Source of the DNA: a virus
Virus record (IMG/VR): IMGVR_UViG_3300003690_003472
Span: 64,001-128,000 of that record
Strand: one strand, 5' to 3'
Length of the DNA: 64,000 bases
The translations under genes and the position numbers were made by a program. Positions 1-10,600 of this stretch are shown in pieces; the first letter of the stretch is position 1, and every line of letters begins with the position of its first letter. Below the pieces are notes generated by a model, which ran no database searches, had not been told where the DNA came from, and saw nothing but the letters and a program-made list of their open reading frames with translations.

Positions 1-3
1 GCA

Positions 4-1878
4 ATGAATAACTTCTTAGCAGAGGTTCCAGCATTCTTTTTAGGTGGCACAGATGGAAAAAACAAGAGCCTGCTCGGCCCATTAAGTACTTTATATTCTG
101 ATGCAACTGGTGAAAATTCTAAAATTACTGTTGACGGTGGAAAAACATATGTTATGAGAATAATTTGTAGTCATTCTAAAATTACAGATCTACAATCTCT
201 TAAAGATAATGATGATAGAACAGCCAATTCAGCTTCTTTTGTTTATAATCCGCCCACTATAACATTATATAATCGTTCTTTTGATAGAAGCAAAACAACA
301 GAACATGGATATTCTGCTTCTTTTGTTGGAGAAAATAATGCCACAGTGGCATATGGCTCTTCTTTTGGTCCTCCTTGTGACGCATCTTCTTCAATCAATG
401 GTGATGAGGCTAGTTTTGAACCATACACGCCACCCTATTATAATGGTTACAGTCACATAGAATTATCATATACTCCCGACGCAGGCGGCGGCGACGTTTC
501 TATTAGTGATATTTTGGGTAAAATTGCTGATAGCGAGAGCAGCTATCGAGAACCTTTACGATCTGGCAGTTTATACGCTGGCTCAACAGCCGCTGGTCAA
601 GGAATGTCTTTGAGCGCATCTTTAAATTATAAACAAGAAATTTCAACCCCCGAAGGACAAAGATGGGTTATTCAACCCAAATGGGAATGTCCCGTATTAG
701 ATTTTAATGAAGCTTCAATAACGCTCCCAGAATATGGATCTGGCTCTGTTGCAAAGGGTATCTGGCATCAATATGGTAGAATCCCAAAAACCGAAGCTGG
801 TATATTTATTTCAGTGGAAGATGTTCCATCATCTGAAATAACAGAAGCAAATGGCGCAGAACCATATTCACCTCAAGCAGTTACACAATCTTTAGCACAG
901 CTGCTTGGATTTAAAGGTTCGGAATCTCCCGATAAACCTCTTAAAATTGGAAAAATACCGGTAGAAGGAAAAACAATATCTGAAGCAATTGTGGCAGTTC
1001 CATTTGCTTTAAAACAAGGCATTTGTACTAATGAAAAGGGATATTTTAATATACCAGAGAAAACTATTCAATGGGCAAGTGCAATTGTAGAAGGAAAAGA
1101 GATGTTTTTAGATTTTGATATGAAAGCAATCGAACATTTAAAACCAGCACAATCAGTAAAAACCATGGTGGAAATGATGAAAAAATATGTTTTGCCTCCT
1201 AAGTTTGATTTTTTAAATTTTCCGGAAGAGGTTGATCCATTTGCAATGGTGTTTTTTGAATTTAAAATGGATTTAAAACAAGAAGATCTAGTTAATATTT
1301 GGCAAAATTTACCTCCCGTTGCAGATCGTAAAAATGCCCCAACAGTTAAACAATGTGCTAATGCTATTGGAAGTATTGAGCTTGATTTGTTGAGTGGTCT
1401 TGAACAGTTAGATCCGGATCACAAAAACTGGCTTGAGGGTAAACCATACAAAGGGTTTGGCCTATTAAATGAAAAAGCCGTTGATCACGGCGTTACTGGT
1501 GATCTATTAATAAAGTTTCCAAGTGATATTCAGTGGTTAGTTTTTAAGGTTAAACAAAGGGCTGCCACTAATTATTTTGATTTAACTGCTAAAAAAGATT
1601 ATGTAACTAACAAATCTGGAAAACCGTTAATTAGTTATATAGACAAGGACATTCCTCCATGTAGTTATAATTGGCCTTATGACTTTTGTTCTATAGTAGA
1701 ATTAGCAAAAATTGAAAGTATAATAAAACTTGAACCTAAAGTATTTCACGCATTTGATCTAGGAGAGCCTCCTGCCTTTAAGGACCAAACAGAAAAAGAA
1801 GAAGCAACAGACGAGTATGGACCACCAGAAGCCGAAGATCCAGATGAATATTCTGAAGAAGAAGAGGGTGCACTATGA
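4..1878 (+). CDS. Large virion structural protein, probably baseplate-associated; 5'-truncated by the window edge
   Basis: The frame is open back to position 1. It heads a cluster of very large structural-type ORFs, contains SGS/SAS motifs and ends in an acidic tail. No specific domain recognised. Confidence 0.5.
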   Translation: MNNFLAEVPAFFLGGTDGKNKSLLGPLSTLYSDATGENSKITVDGGKTYVMRIICSHSKITDLQSLKDNDDRTANSASFVYNPPTITLYNRSFDRSKTTEHGYSASFVGENNATVAYGSSFGPPCDASSSINGDEASFEPYTPPYYNGYSHIELSYTPDAGGGDVSISDILGKIADSESSYREPLRSGSLYAGSTAAGQGMSLSASLNYKQEISTPEGQRWVIQPKWECPVLDFNEASITLPEYGSGSVAKGIWHQYGRIPKTEAGIFISVEDVPSSEITEANGAEPYSPQAVTQSLAQLLGFKGSESPDKPLKIGKIPVEGKTISEAIVAVPFALKQGICTNEKGYFNIPEKTIQWASAIVEGKEMFLDFDMKAIEHLKPAQSVKTMVEMMKKYVLPPKFDFLNFPEEVDPFAMVFFEFKMDLKQEDLVNIWQNLPPVADRKNAPTVKQCANAIGSIELDLLSGLEQLDPDHKNWLEGKPYKGFGLLNEKAVDHGVTGDLLIKFPSDIQWLVFKVKQRAATNYFDLTAKKDYVTNKSGKPLISYIDKDIPPCSYNWPYDFCSIVELAKIESIIKLEPKVFHAFDLGEPPAFKDQTEKEEATDEYGPPEAEDPDEYSEEEEGAL

Positions 1879-1958
1879 AATGCGTCACGCAAAAGACCCT
1901 CGCACCGACAGATTCGCGAATACGCTGCAGCGGTAATCTAGGGAGTAATTACTCATGA
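1875..1958 (+). CDS. Candidate 27-aa minigene MKCVTQKTLAPTDSRIRCSGNLGSNYS
   Basis: ATGA overlaps with the upstream stop (1875-1878) and the downstream start (1955-1958). GAGGG lies 6 nt before the ATG. Not in the ORF track. Confidence 0.35.
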   Translation: MKCVTQKTLAPTDSRIRCSGNLGSNYS

Positions 1959-3010
1959 CATTTTTAGATCCAAAAGAACAGGTTATTGATATACAGTTAA
2001 CTTCTTATGGAAGATATACATTGTCGCTTGGAAAATTTAACCCTACACATTATGCTTTTTTTGATAATGATATTATATATGATAGACAATTTGTTACAGG
2101 TACGGCCCCAGAACTTCAAAACAATATTGAACCACGCATACAAGAAAATACGCCGCGTTTAGGTGCCCAAACATTATATAGAGGCGCTCAAGTTGGAGTA
2201 TTTTCAGAAAATGGAGAGCATGTTAATAATTTAATGCCAGGAGTTGTTGCAGCCACAGATAAACAATCATCTGATTTTTTACTTGAAACTCCGGAAAATT
2301 CTTATATTCTTGCAGAGCCTATTGGAAATTCTTCTTTTAATTCTGATAATATAGCAGCTTGGAATGTTGGGTTTCTCAAAGCGCCTCTAGATAGCGCCTC
2401 CGGATCTTGGACTGGCGCCAGCGAAGAAATACCAACAACTTTTATTCCACAGTTAAATTGTGATGTTAAATATCAGTTTAACCTTTATCCTCCAAGCGAT
2501 AAATTAAGTGGAGATATTATTAATAAAACTATAACTGTAATGGAAGGTGGAATAGGAGATGATCCTGATGAAGATCTTGTGATTTTTGGGGATGATTCAT
2601 TTGCGGTATTTGAAAAAGATTATGCACTTTTAAAAGTAGAGGAGGATAATACTCAATTTGTAAAAGACAATCTTGAATTAGAAGTTTATAGAATATTAGT
2701 GGAAGCCTTTAAAGAAACAAAACCGGATGGAACAGTTGTATATCACCCAGAGGTTAAAGAAAAACTTTATTTTACTGATGAATATGCTAGTAACGTAGAA
2801 GATACTAAATTAGTAGAATATTATTTTGATATAGCAACTGATTTTGATATTGATCAGCAAGAATATTGTAGACTTAGAAAACAAAAAGAACACATTAAAG
2901 ACATTTATATTGATCAAATATTTGAATGTGAAGAAAAAAAGTCAACTTTACAATCATTAAATATTTATAATACAGACGAAAATATAGATATAGAGGGGGT
3001 ATGTGACTAG
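1955..3010 (+). CDS. Putative baseplate/tail-collar-like structural protein
   Basis: N-terminus MTFLDPKEQVIDIQLTSYGRYTLSLGKFNPTHYAFFDNDIIYD parallels MAFLDNSGDIILDAVLTDAGRKRLAEGDGSFRITKYAFGDDEIDY of 11628. SD GGGAG at 1941. Confidence 0.5.
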   Translation: MTFLDPKEQVIDIQLTSYGRYTLSLGKFNPTHYAFFDNDIIYDRQFVTGTAPELQNNIEPRIQENTPRLGAQTLYRGAQVGVFSENGEHVNNLMPGVVAATDKQSSDFLLETPENSYILAEPIGNSSFNSDNIAAWNVGFLKAPLDSASGSWTGASEEIPTTFIPQLNCDVKYQFNLYPPSDKLSGDIINKTITVMEGGIGDDPDEDLVIFGDDSFAVFEKDYALLKVEEDNTQFVKDNLELEVYRILVEAFKETKPDGTVVYHPEVKEKLYFTDEYASNVEDTKLVEYYFDIATDFDIDQQEYCRLRKQKEHIKDIYIDQIFECEEKKSTLQSLNIYNTDENIDIEGVCD

Positions 3011-6000
3011 TGACACAGAATTATAATTTCAATGGTCTTTTTGGTTCTATACTACCAAATGTTTATATTGATAAAATAACCTTAGAAGGTGCTGATGCAT
3101 CTGTTAAAAAGGCATCTGCTAATAAACAGTCTGCAATTGAACTACATATTAAGCCCAGAAAAAAAGATGATAAGTTTGGCTGGACGGGAAACCCAACTGC
3201 AGATAAATATATCGACAGCAATATTTTAAGGATCACTTATAATTTATTTTTAGAAGTTTCCGACATCAATAAAGCATTTACTGGCGTATTTAAAGGCATC
3301 ACCCAACCCGGCGGCCTCTTTGAACACATTAATCTTTCTGTGGTAACTTTTAGCGGCATAAAAGGAAGAAAAGCTTATTTAGCTGCACTCAATAAACAGA
3401 CAGTCGGGTTGAAAGACGGCGGCAGCGAAGTTTCTAGCATAGATAAGGTAATTGCTGACTTCGTTGCCAAGAATTATAGTGGGCTTTTATATCAACAGGG
3501 ATTAGAATATGGAAAAGACTATACATATACTGGTGAAAGCGTTTGGAGTTCTATACCGGGTAATCCATCCACCCTTTTAAATACGGCCCAAATAGATCCA
3601 TCAAATTATTCAGCCTTTCTTGAACACACCAAGGATCAATACAGATATCATATGCCAAATGGCACTATAGTTTATAAAATTCCAATTCGCATAGTACAAG
3701 AATTATATGGAGAAGTATATCCAGATCACCTATCCGCAATTGCTACATGTACTTTAGATACAGAATATATGCAACACGCTGCATGGGATAAAATTCCAAC
3801 GGAAGTCAAAACACTTGAGATGGCCATTGGAGTTAGTAATTTATTTGGCGCCATGATAAAGCATGGCAGACATGCAACAGAAGTCATTATTGATGCTGGA
3901 AAAACGGTACAAAAAGGAATGATGTTTTATATCTCTGAAAACCAGGGAGATACAACAAAATTTAATCACATGAAAGGTGATTTATGGTTTGGAGGCGTAC
4001 ATAAAGATACGCTTCCGGACGGTACAATGAAATATATGGCCGGTAACAATCATGATAATAATCTACATCCTATTTTAGAATATATCTTAGTAGATAATAA
4101 AAGGATTTTGGATTTTAGGCAGATTACAACCATAAAGAAAACAATATTAAACTTTCAAAAAACAAGTGATAGTATATTTGGAGGAAGTTATTATAATTTA
4201 CAGTCTAAAGTAAGTGTGGCTGATTTTAGTGAAATAGCTTGTTTTTCAAATTTGATATCATCAATCCAACGAGGAACATCTGAAAACCCAAATGTTTCTA
4301 TTAAATTATTTTTTACCATTGACTGGGGGAAATTAATTAAAAGGTATTCATTAATTCCTGGTCTTTTAGATTTAGAGTCGTCAATAATTGAAACCTTTGG
4401 GAGTTTACATGATTCAATGCTTTCTTTTAAAATATATAGAGAAAGATTAAATGTAGCACACAACATCGTAAACCAAAATAATCGGAAATTAATTTATGAT
4501 GGATATCCAAAAATATTTTATTATGGCAGGGGTGGTGCAACAAAACTCTTCTTGGATGCGGGCGACGAGAAAATATATAATAAACCAATTTCTGCACTAG
4601 TACCAGTTAATCTAAACTATGGGAAAGGGGGGTTACCTGTTGCTGCGAATTTACAACATTATACTTTTACTGATTATGATGTCACGGCTGCCGCTTCAGA
4701 ACCTGGCGAATCTATTCAAAATGGTCAATTTAAATATTCTATTGAGGTTGAATTTCATGATCCTACACTAGATTTTCTTATGTTACATTACAACACAATT
4801 GAAGAAGCTATTCAACCTTTAGAAGAATATGTAGCAGCTGCAAATGGCAGTCACCATACTCTAAATAGCGGAAAACCGGTCAATTTTTTTAATGCGTATA
4901 CCGGCAAATATAGTAAAGCTTGGCAAAATGAAATGGCGGGGCATTATTCGGCAAATGAACAAAATTATAAGAAAGCATTCCAGTCGGCATGGGAACTAAT
5001 AAATATAATGAGGTTCCTTTCTCCCACGTCTGGTATATCTGGTGAAGTAGAAGATTGGCCTGCAACTATACAGACTTTTTTAAGCCCCGATAGTGCAACT
5101 CCGGAGGGAATAATCGTAGCTTTTGATATGTTAAATACTATTTTTAAGCAATTGGAAAAGCTTATAAATTCTTTTTCTACTAGGAATATACCTAAAGTGG
5201 AGGCAACTACTCAGGAAAATGATGATGGAACAACATCTCCTGTTATGCAACACTTTACCAAAGACCCACTTGGAAGCGCGCTTCCAAAAAGAAAAATCAA
5301 AGTAATATATGATTTTGATTCTCCCGAAGAAATTGTTGATACTACCAATCGAGACGCTGGATATGATTATTTTGGAAATATAGTAAATCGATCTGAAAAT
5401 TCTATTGGTCTTAAAGTAATTAGTAAATTTGATTATGATTATAAATCAGATCAAGAATTTGCAAAATATTTTTACACAAATATCGCTACCGGTAAGTTAC
5501 CATTTTTACTTGATTCTAATAAACAAAAATATATGATTGAAGTATACCCAGGCGCTAACAAAGGGAGATACTTTACTGTACCGAAAGGTTATACTTTTTT
5601 ACCAAATTATTTCGTTGATCCTAATACTGAAAATGTTTATTGGCAGGTTATTAATAATATAATTCGATATAAATCAAATTTGCCTGGAAATTCAAAAGAC
5701 GACGCCATGCTAGGATATGGCCCCAATGATACAATTCCTGGTTTTTTCGCCATAACTAAACAAATGGAAAGAATTCTTAAAGACTATCAAACGCTAGCTT
5801 CTCAAGGTGCTTATTTTTCACACAGCACAATAGTAGATCCAATGGTCGATCCTGAAGTAGTGGATGAAAAGCCTCCGGTACCAGATGGCGCGCCAGATGG
5901 TGAAAAAAAACCGAAGAACGACGCCCAGACTGTGTCAGAGATGAAAATTCCGTGGGCAAAAAATTATGGTCAAGAAAAGCTTTTATTATCTTTAATTTGT

Positions 6001-7011
6001 GCTAATGCCTTTAATCTAGATGTGCTTGATGCATCATTAGGAACTTTTAATTGTGGCACTAAAGGATCTCGAATTCAGCATTTAATTAATATTATAGCAA
6101 CAAAATATGTAATACTCAACGGCCCACAAAGCGCCGTTAAGCAGATTATAACACCATATATAAAGAATCTTCCACTACAAATTTTAGCTTTAATGTATAA
6201 TCACTCTCTCAACGAACAACACCTTAAAGAATCGTTTCGATACAATATTACTGGCGGAGATCCACTTTTATATGACGAAGGTATAGGCAACGCAGGACCC
6301 ACGGGTGCGGGTTTTATTGGTGATACTGATGATGATACAATGTATCTAGATAAATTTGGACAATTTTGGTTTAGCCATCAAAATTTAGGAGAAATAGAAT
6401 ATTTATCTGGATATCAACAAACTACAAAAATACCTCCTATTGAAATGAAAGCTTATATAAATCCAGAAACAGCACTTCCTCACAAGGCAGCATTTGGCTC
6501 TGTTTACCCAAGTTCGAATAAAGAAACAAGCAATATTGAAAAATATGAATATGACTATAATAGTTATGTTAATTCTCCTGTTTGGAAACCACTAACGGTG
6601 GGACAATTAAATAATTTTAAAATTGATGCCGCGCTCATTGTAGGTGGCCACGTTTTGTGTAGAATAAAAAAGTATAAAAATTCAACGTTTAATTCAATAC
6701 CATATGATGTATTATCTTTACCACTTTATGATGAATACTTTTTTATTGCGCAAGAAGAACTAAATATAAATCAAAATGCAAATTTTATGAGCACTCCAAA
6801 TCCGGATGTAATAATGAATGATCCAAAGCCAGTACCAGCTGCAGTTGGCGAACCACCACAACAAGGAGAAAAAGATAAAGAATATTGTGAAGAAAATCCG
6901 GACGATCCGGACTGTATAGCCCAACAGGAAGCTGCAGGATTTTTCGATTGTCCGGACGGTTTCGTTCCCGATGGCTTCGGCGGCTGCGTGGAAGAACAAT
7001 CCGGGATTTAA
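3010..7011 (+). CDS. Very large hypothetical virion protein (1333 aa)
   Basis: Long ORF with a GTG start overlapping the upstream TAG, in a structural context, with a Cys/Asp/Pro-rich C-terminus. Confidence 0.55.
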   Translation: MTQNYNFNGLFGSILPNVYIDKITLEGADASVKKASANKQSAIELHIKPRKKDDKFGWTGNPTADKYIDSNILRITYNLFLEVSDINKAFTGVFKGITQPGGLFEHINLSVVTFSGIKGRKAYLAALNKQTVGLKDGGSEVSSIDKVIADFVAKNYSGLLYQQGLEYGKDYTYTGESVWSSIPGNPSTLLNTAQIDPSNYSAFLEHTKDQYRYHMPNGTIVYKIPIRIVQELYGEVYPDHLSAIATCTLDTEYMQHAAWDKIPTEVKTLEMAIGVSNLFGAMIKHGRHATEVIIDAGKTVQKGMMFYISENQGDTTKFNHMKGDLWFGGVHKDTLPDGTMKYMAGNNHDNNLHPILEYILVDNKRILDFRQITTIKKTILNFQKTSDSIFGGSYYNLQSKVSVADFSEIACFSNLISSIQRGTSENPNVSIKLFFTIDWGKLIKRYSLIPGLLDLESSIIETFGSLHDSMLSFKIYRERLNVAHNIVNQNNRKLIYDGYPKIFYYGRGGATKLFLDAGDEKIYNKPISALVPVNLNYGKGGLPVAANLQHYTFTDYDVTAAASEPGESIQNGQFKYSIEVEFHDPTLDFLMLHYNTIEEAIQPLEEYVAAANGSHHTLNSGKPVNFFNAYTGKYSKAWQNEMAGHYSANEQNYKKAFQSAWELINIMRFLSPTSGISGEVEDWPATIQTFLSPDSATPEGIIVAFDMLNTIFKQLEKLINSFSTRNIPKVEATTQENDDGTTSPVMQHFTKDPLGSALPKRKIKVIYDFDSPEEIVDTTNRDAGYDYFGNIVNRSENSIGLKVISKFDYDYKSDQEFAKYFYTNIATGKLPFLLDSNKQKYMIEVYPGANKGRYFTVPKGYTFLPNYFVDPNTENVYWQVINNIIRYKSNLPGNSKDDAMLGYGPNDTIPGFFAITKQMERILKDYQTLASQGAYFSHSTIVDPMVDPEVVDEKPPVPDGAPDGEKKPKNDAQTVSEMKIPWAKNYGQEKLLLSLICANAFNLDVLDASLGTFNCGTKGSRIQHLINIIATKYVILNGPQSAVKQIITPYIKNLPLQILALMYNHSLNEQHLKESFRYNITGGDPLLYDEGIGNAGPTGAGFIGDTDDDTMYLDKFGQFWFSHQNLGEIEYLSGYQQTTKIPPIEMKAYINPETALPHKAAFGSVYPSSNKETSNIEKYEYDYNSYVNSPVWKPLTVGQLNNFKIDAALIVGGHVLCRIKKYKNSTFNSIPYDVLSLPLYDEYFFIAQEELNINQNANFMSTPNPDVIMNDPKPVPAAVGEPPQQGEKDKEYCEENPDDPDCIAQQEAAGFFDCPDGFVPDGFGGCVEEQSGI

Positions 7012-7061
7012 ACAAGTGCAAAAAATATAAATAAAAGATATTTATAAAGAGAGGATTAGAT

Positions 7062-7634
7062 ATGTCATTAAAAATAGAGAAGGCTTATGATAAAAGCTTT
7101 TTTTCGCAAGTTGGAACGGAATATGTTTGTACGGGTTTTATGAGTGACCCTCTTCTTCCTTCTAAAATAGGCGGAATTACAAGTGCAGGGTGGGACCATG
7201 TACATGTATTTCAGGTTGACGCATATGGAAACGGGTGGACAACACTTGAGCCTTTTAGCCTTTTTGGCGACACCGGCCCCATAGATAAAGGAAAATATAA
7301 GGACGTATACACTTTATCTTGGATACCTTGGGCTTCGGGATATATATTGAACCAGTTAGAAGCCGGTACAGAGACCAAGAAGACTGAAATTTTAAATGCA
7401 ATTAATCACAAACATCAAATAATTGAGTGGGTTGTACAGAAGGCTAAAAGTCCTTGTTACCCAGATTGCAGCACTGAAGTGAGTGATTTTTCGAAGATAA
7501 CAACAGGCTTGGGGCCTCACTCACATGAATTACAATTACATAAAACAACAACTGGCGCAGTAAGTATGGCGACTGGCGGCGGCGCTTCCACACCTACTAC
7601 CGGAGGCGGCGGCGCAATGGGCGGAGATTATTAA
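7062..7634 (+). CDS. Hypothetical protein with His motifs (HVH, HSH) and a Gly-rich tail
   Basis: SD GAGGA at 7051. Contains WDHVHVFQVDAYGNG, CYPDC and GPHSHEL. Confidence 0.55.
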   Translation: MSLKIEKAYDKSFFSQVGTEYVCTGFMSDPLLPSKIGGITSAGWDHVHVFQVDAYGNGWTTLEPFSLFGDTGPIDKGKYKDVYTLSWIPWASGYILNQLEAGTETKKTEILNAINHKHQIIEWVVQKAKSPCYPDCSTEVSDFSKITTGLGPHSHELQLHKTTTGAVSMATGGGASTPTTGGGGAMGGDY

Positions 7635-7637
7635 AGA

Positions 7638-10600
7638 ATGCCATTTTTTAAAGACCCAACAACTGGAGAAATTGTCTCAACCGAGGAACTTTTTGAATCG
7701 GCCATATATGAGAAAAACGAATTTGTTTCGATAAAAAGCGCACAGGCAAAAATCACCATAGCTCCTTATAATATGCCAGCAGAGTTCGTATATCAAGCCG
7801 GTAAGACAAGTAAAGACGGCGCTCCCATAAAAATGAAACAAATAGGAGGCACTACTACTTGGATAGCAAAATTTCTTGGTATTAATGCGCTTAAGGAGTT
7901 TGTGATCACCGCAGGAGGCGCCTGGCAGTGGCCAAAGTTCCAGTCATACGCGCACCCCCGCTGGAACCCGTGGAACTATAGCCCGTCAGAGTACAGTTTA
8001 GACGGGATCGTCAATGTTGCTTATCTCGCAGGTAATATGACTGCATTAGTTAATGCCACAGAATCACCTGATGGGGGTCTCTATTTTACAGGATTTACGT
8101 TTGATCCTGCTAGCCCGGGGATTCATAGCCTACCTGTCGATCCCATAAGAAGAGCATTCTTTAGTTTTCTGGAATTTAAAAAGCACAAAGTTCCCATCGG
8201 TGATTTCGAAACTTTTGATACAGATTTTACAGTGCAAATGAGAGCACATTGTAAAGGCGTTGGCTACGCCGCACTTATGGAAATATCTCCAACCGCCAAC
8301 TGGACCCCATCCAGCAATTTCGCAGATTGCGGATATGATGAACCGTTTCCTGGGCACCCCCAAAAACTTAAATATTTTGATTCAGAGCGAGCGTATAATG
8401 ATAAAACAATAGCAAATATTGCTGATTTTGCCGAAAGGTTGACTTTAATATCTGGATATAAAGGAGATCAAATCTTTTCGAAAATGTGGTGGACTCTTCC
8501 GGCCATAATAGAAAAACATATCGATCCAACATATAATCTGTTGTGGGCTTGGGCCCCCCCCGATCCGATTACGGGGGAAGTTCAAAAAAAGATTCAGGAG
8601 GTTGTTGTTGACTCGCCCGAGTTTTATAGGGATTCATATTGTCATATTGATAAACCATTTTTAGAAATGGCCTATCAAGAAGATATTGGCGAAAAAACTG
8701 GTCTTGCTTCTCCTGTAAATATTAAGGCTCACTATAATTTTCGGCTATTGCCATATGAAAATTTAATATCAGACAATCCTAGTACTGGGATATTGATTAA
8801 AACGCACCCCAATGCAACAACAACACATACAATTCCAGAATCAATTCTTCCTAATATATATGCTTTAATTTATGATTGGAAATCTGATGAAGCAAGCTAC
8901 AGATATTCAGATTTAGGATCCTTTATGCCAGTTGCTTGGTGGATGACAGGCGGCCCTGGTCAAACGGGAGGCACAACAAACAACTCATTGGCTTTTTTGA
9001 AGAAAGATAAGGGCCCATGGTTTGCGCCAGCCATAAAGGATAAATTAAGCCCCAACCTTAGTGATCTCGTCGCCATCAGCGAAAACGACATGTTGGTATT
9101 TGGGCGTCTTTTGATGCCTGAAGGTACCGGCATTGCAGCTTATTTAAATAATTTTATCAAAACTTTTAAAGATTTTTCCGATGGCCATGGAACTTTTTCC
9201 GGGGAATGGGGAGGAGGATCTGGTGCCGCTTACGCCCCGGGCGATTGGAAATTTTTTCAAAGCAGGGGCGGCGTTAAATCACCGCAGCGTCAAGTCGCTG
9301 AAAAAAAATACCACATTATAGGAATTTCTGCCGATGAAATGAAGAATTTTACGGATGAAGCAAATAAGTTGAAAAAAATGTTTCCTATGCATATTGATAT
9401 TAATATTCCTGCAGTCAACAAAGGAAAGGTTGGAAAAATACTTTATGAAAATAATTTATTTGATATTTTTATGCAAAATGTTATGGCAGCACTTTGGCCT
9501 CGAACACTTCACGATATGGAAGCCACGCACAGCGTAATTAGTAGTGAGGTAAAGATCAATCCAACAGGTATGGACGGCCCAGCAGTTATTGAAGGCGCTC
9601 CTATAATTAAAAGCGATGCTTATGCTGCAGAGTTCAGTAAAAAAGCGATGGGCAAAGCTTTTTTTACAACTCCAATAAGAAATACTCTTTTTTATGAAGA
9701 CATAATAAAGTTACCTTTAAACTCTATTTTGCAAAGCAGTGATCTGCTTTTAGATTTAGATTCTGCACCTGCTTCTCCCAATGGCACTATCGGATCAGAC
9801 CTGAGCCCGCAACAACCAATTAATTGGTGGTTACAAGGACTTCCTAGTCAATATTGGGAATGGATTACGATGAACGATGCGCCCGAGTATATTCATCAAA
9901 TTAATAAATTTCGCGCCCAACTCCACCCAGAGTTCTCCGGACTATTGGCCACCGATTATACTTTACACGCTAGCGAAGGCAATAATTTGATGGTCGGAAA
10001 ACCAATTATTTTTGGCAAAAAAGGTCAGAATCAACCAAATCTTTTATCTGCTTTGGAGTGGTATACGGCATTAGGACAAATCAGAGCCTTGGTTAATGAT
10101 CGAGTTAGAGGAGTTAAAGAAATATACGAAGGCAAAGAAGCATATGCTGAAGTTTTATTTTATGAAATAGTTAAATACCAATCTCAAATCGGTCCACATC
10201 TAGAGATCCCCGGCGCCGGGGGCAGTAAATATATCCCGCTTGGGGGCCCGTCGCCGTCGCAATCTGACCAAGATAATGATATGTTCGCTATGGCTACTGG
10301 CCCGGGCCGCAATTTTATACAAAGCATTTTTATACCAAACATTCCAGGACAAAACACACTAAATTATATCGATACTCAAGTTAAATTTGATAAGGGATAT
10401 TATTATCAAATTTACGCTCACACCTTTGTTGTTGGAACTCAGTATGAACTTGAAAAGGGACTACATAACCCCAAAGAACACGGCGGCACTTTATCACAAT
10501 GGGACCTTTCTTACAAGGTTAAGCCCGACGTTTCTTTAATGAGGATACCCTATTATAACACATTTGCAACTGCAAACGAAGTAGTCAAAATGAATGCTGT

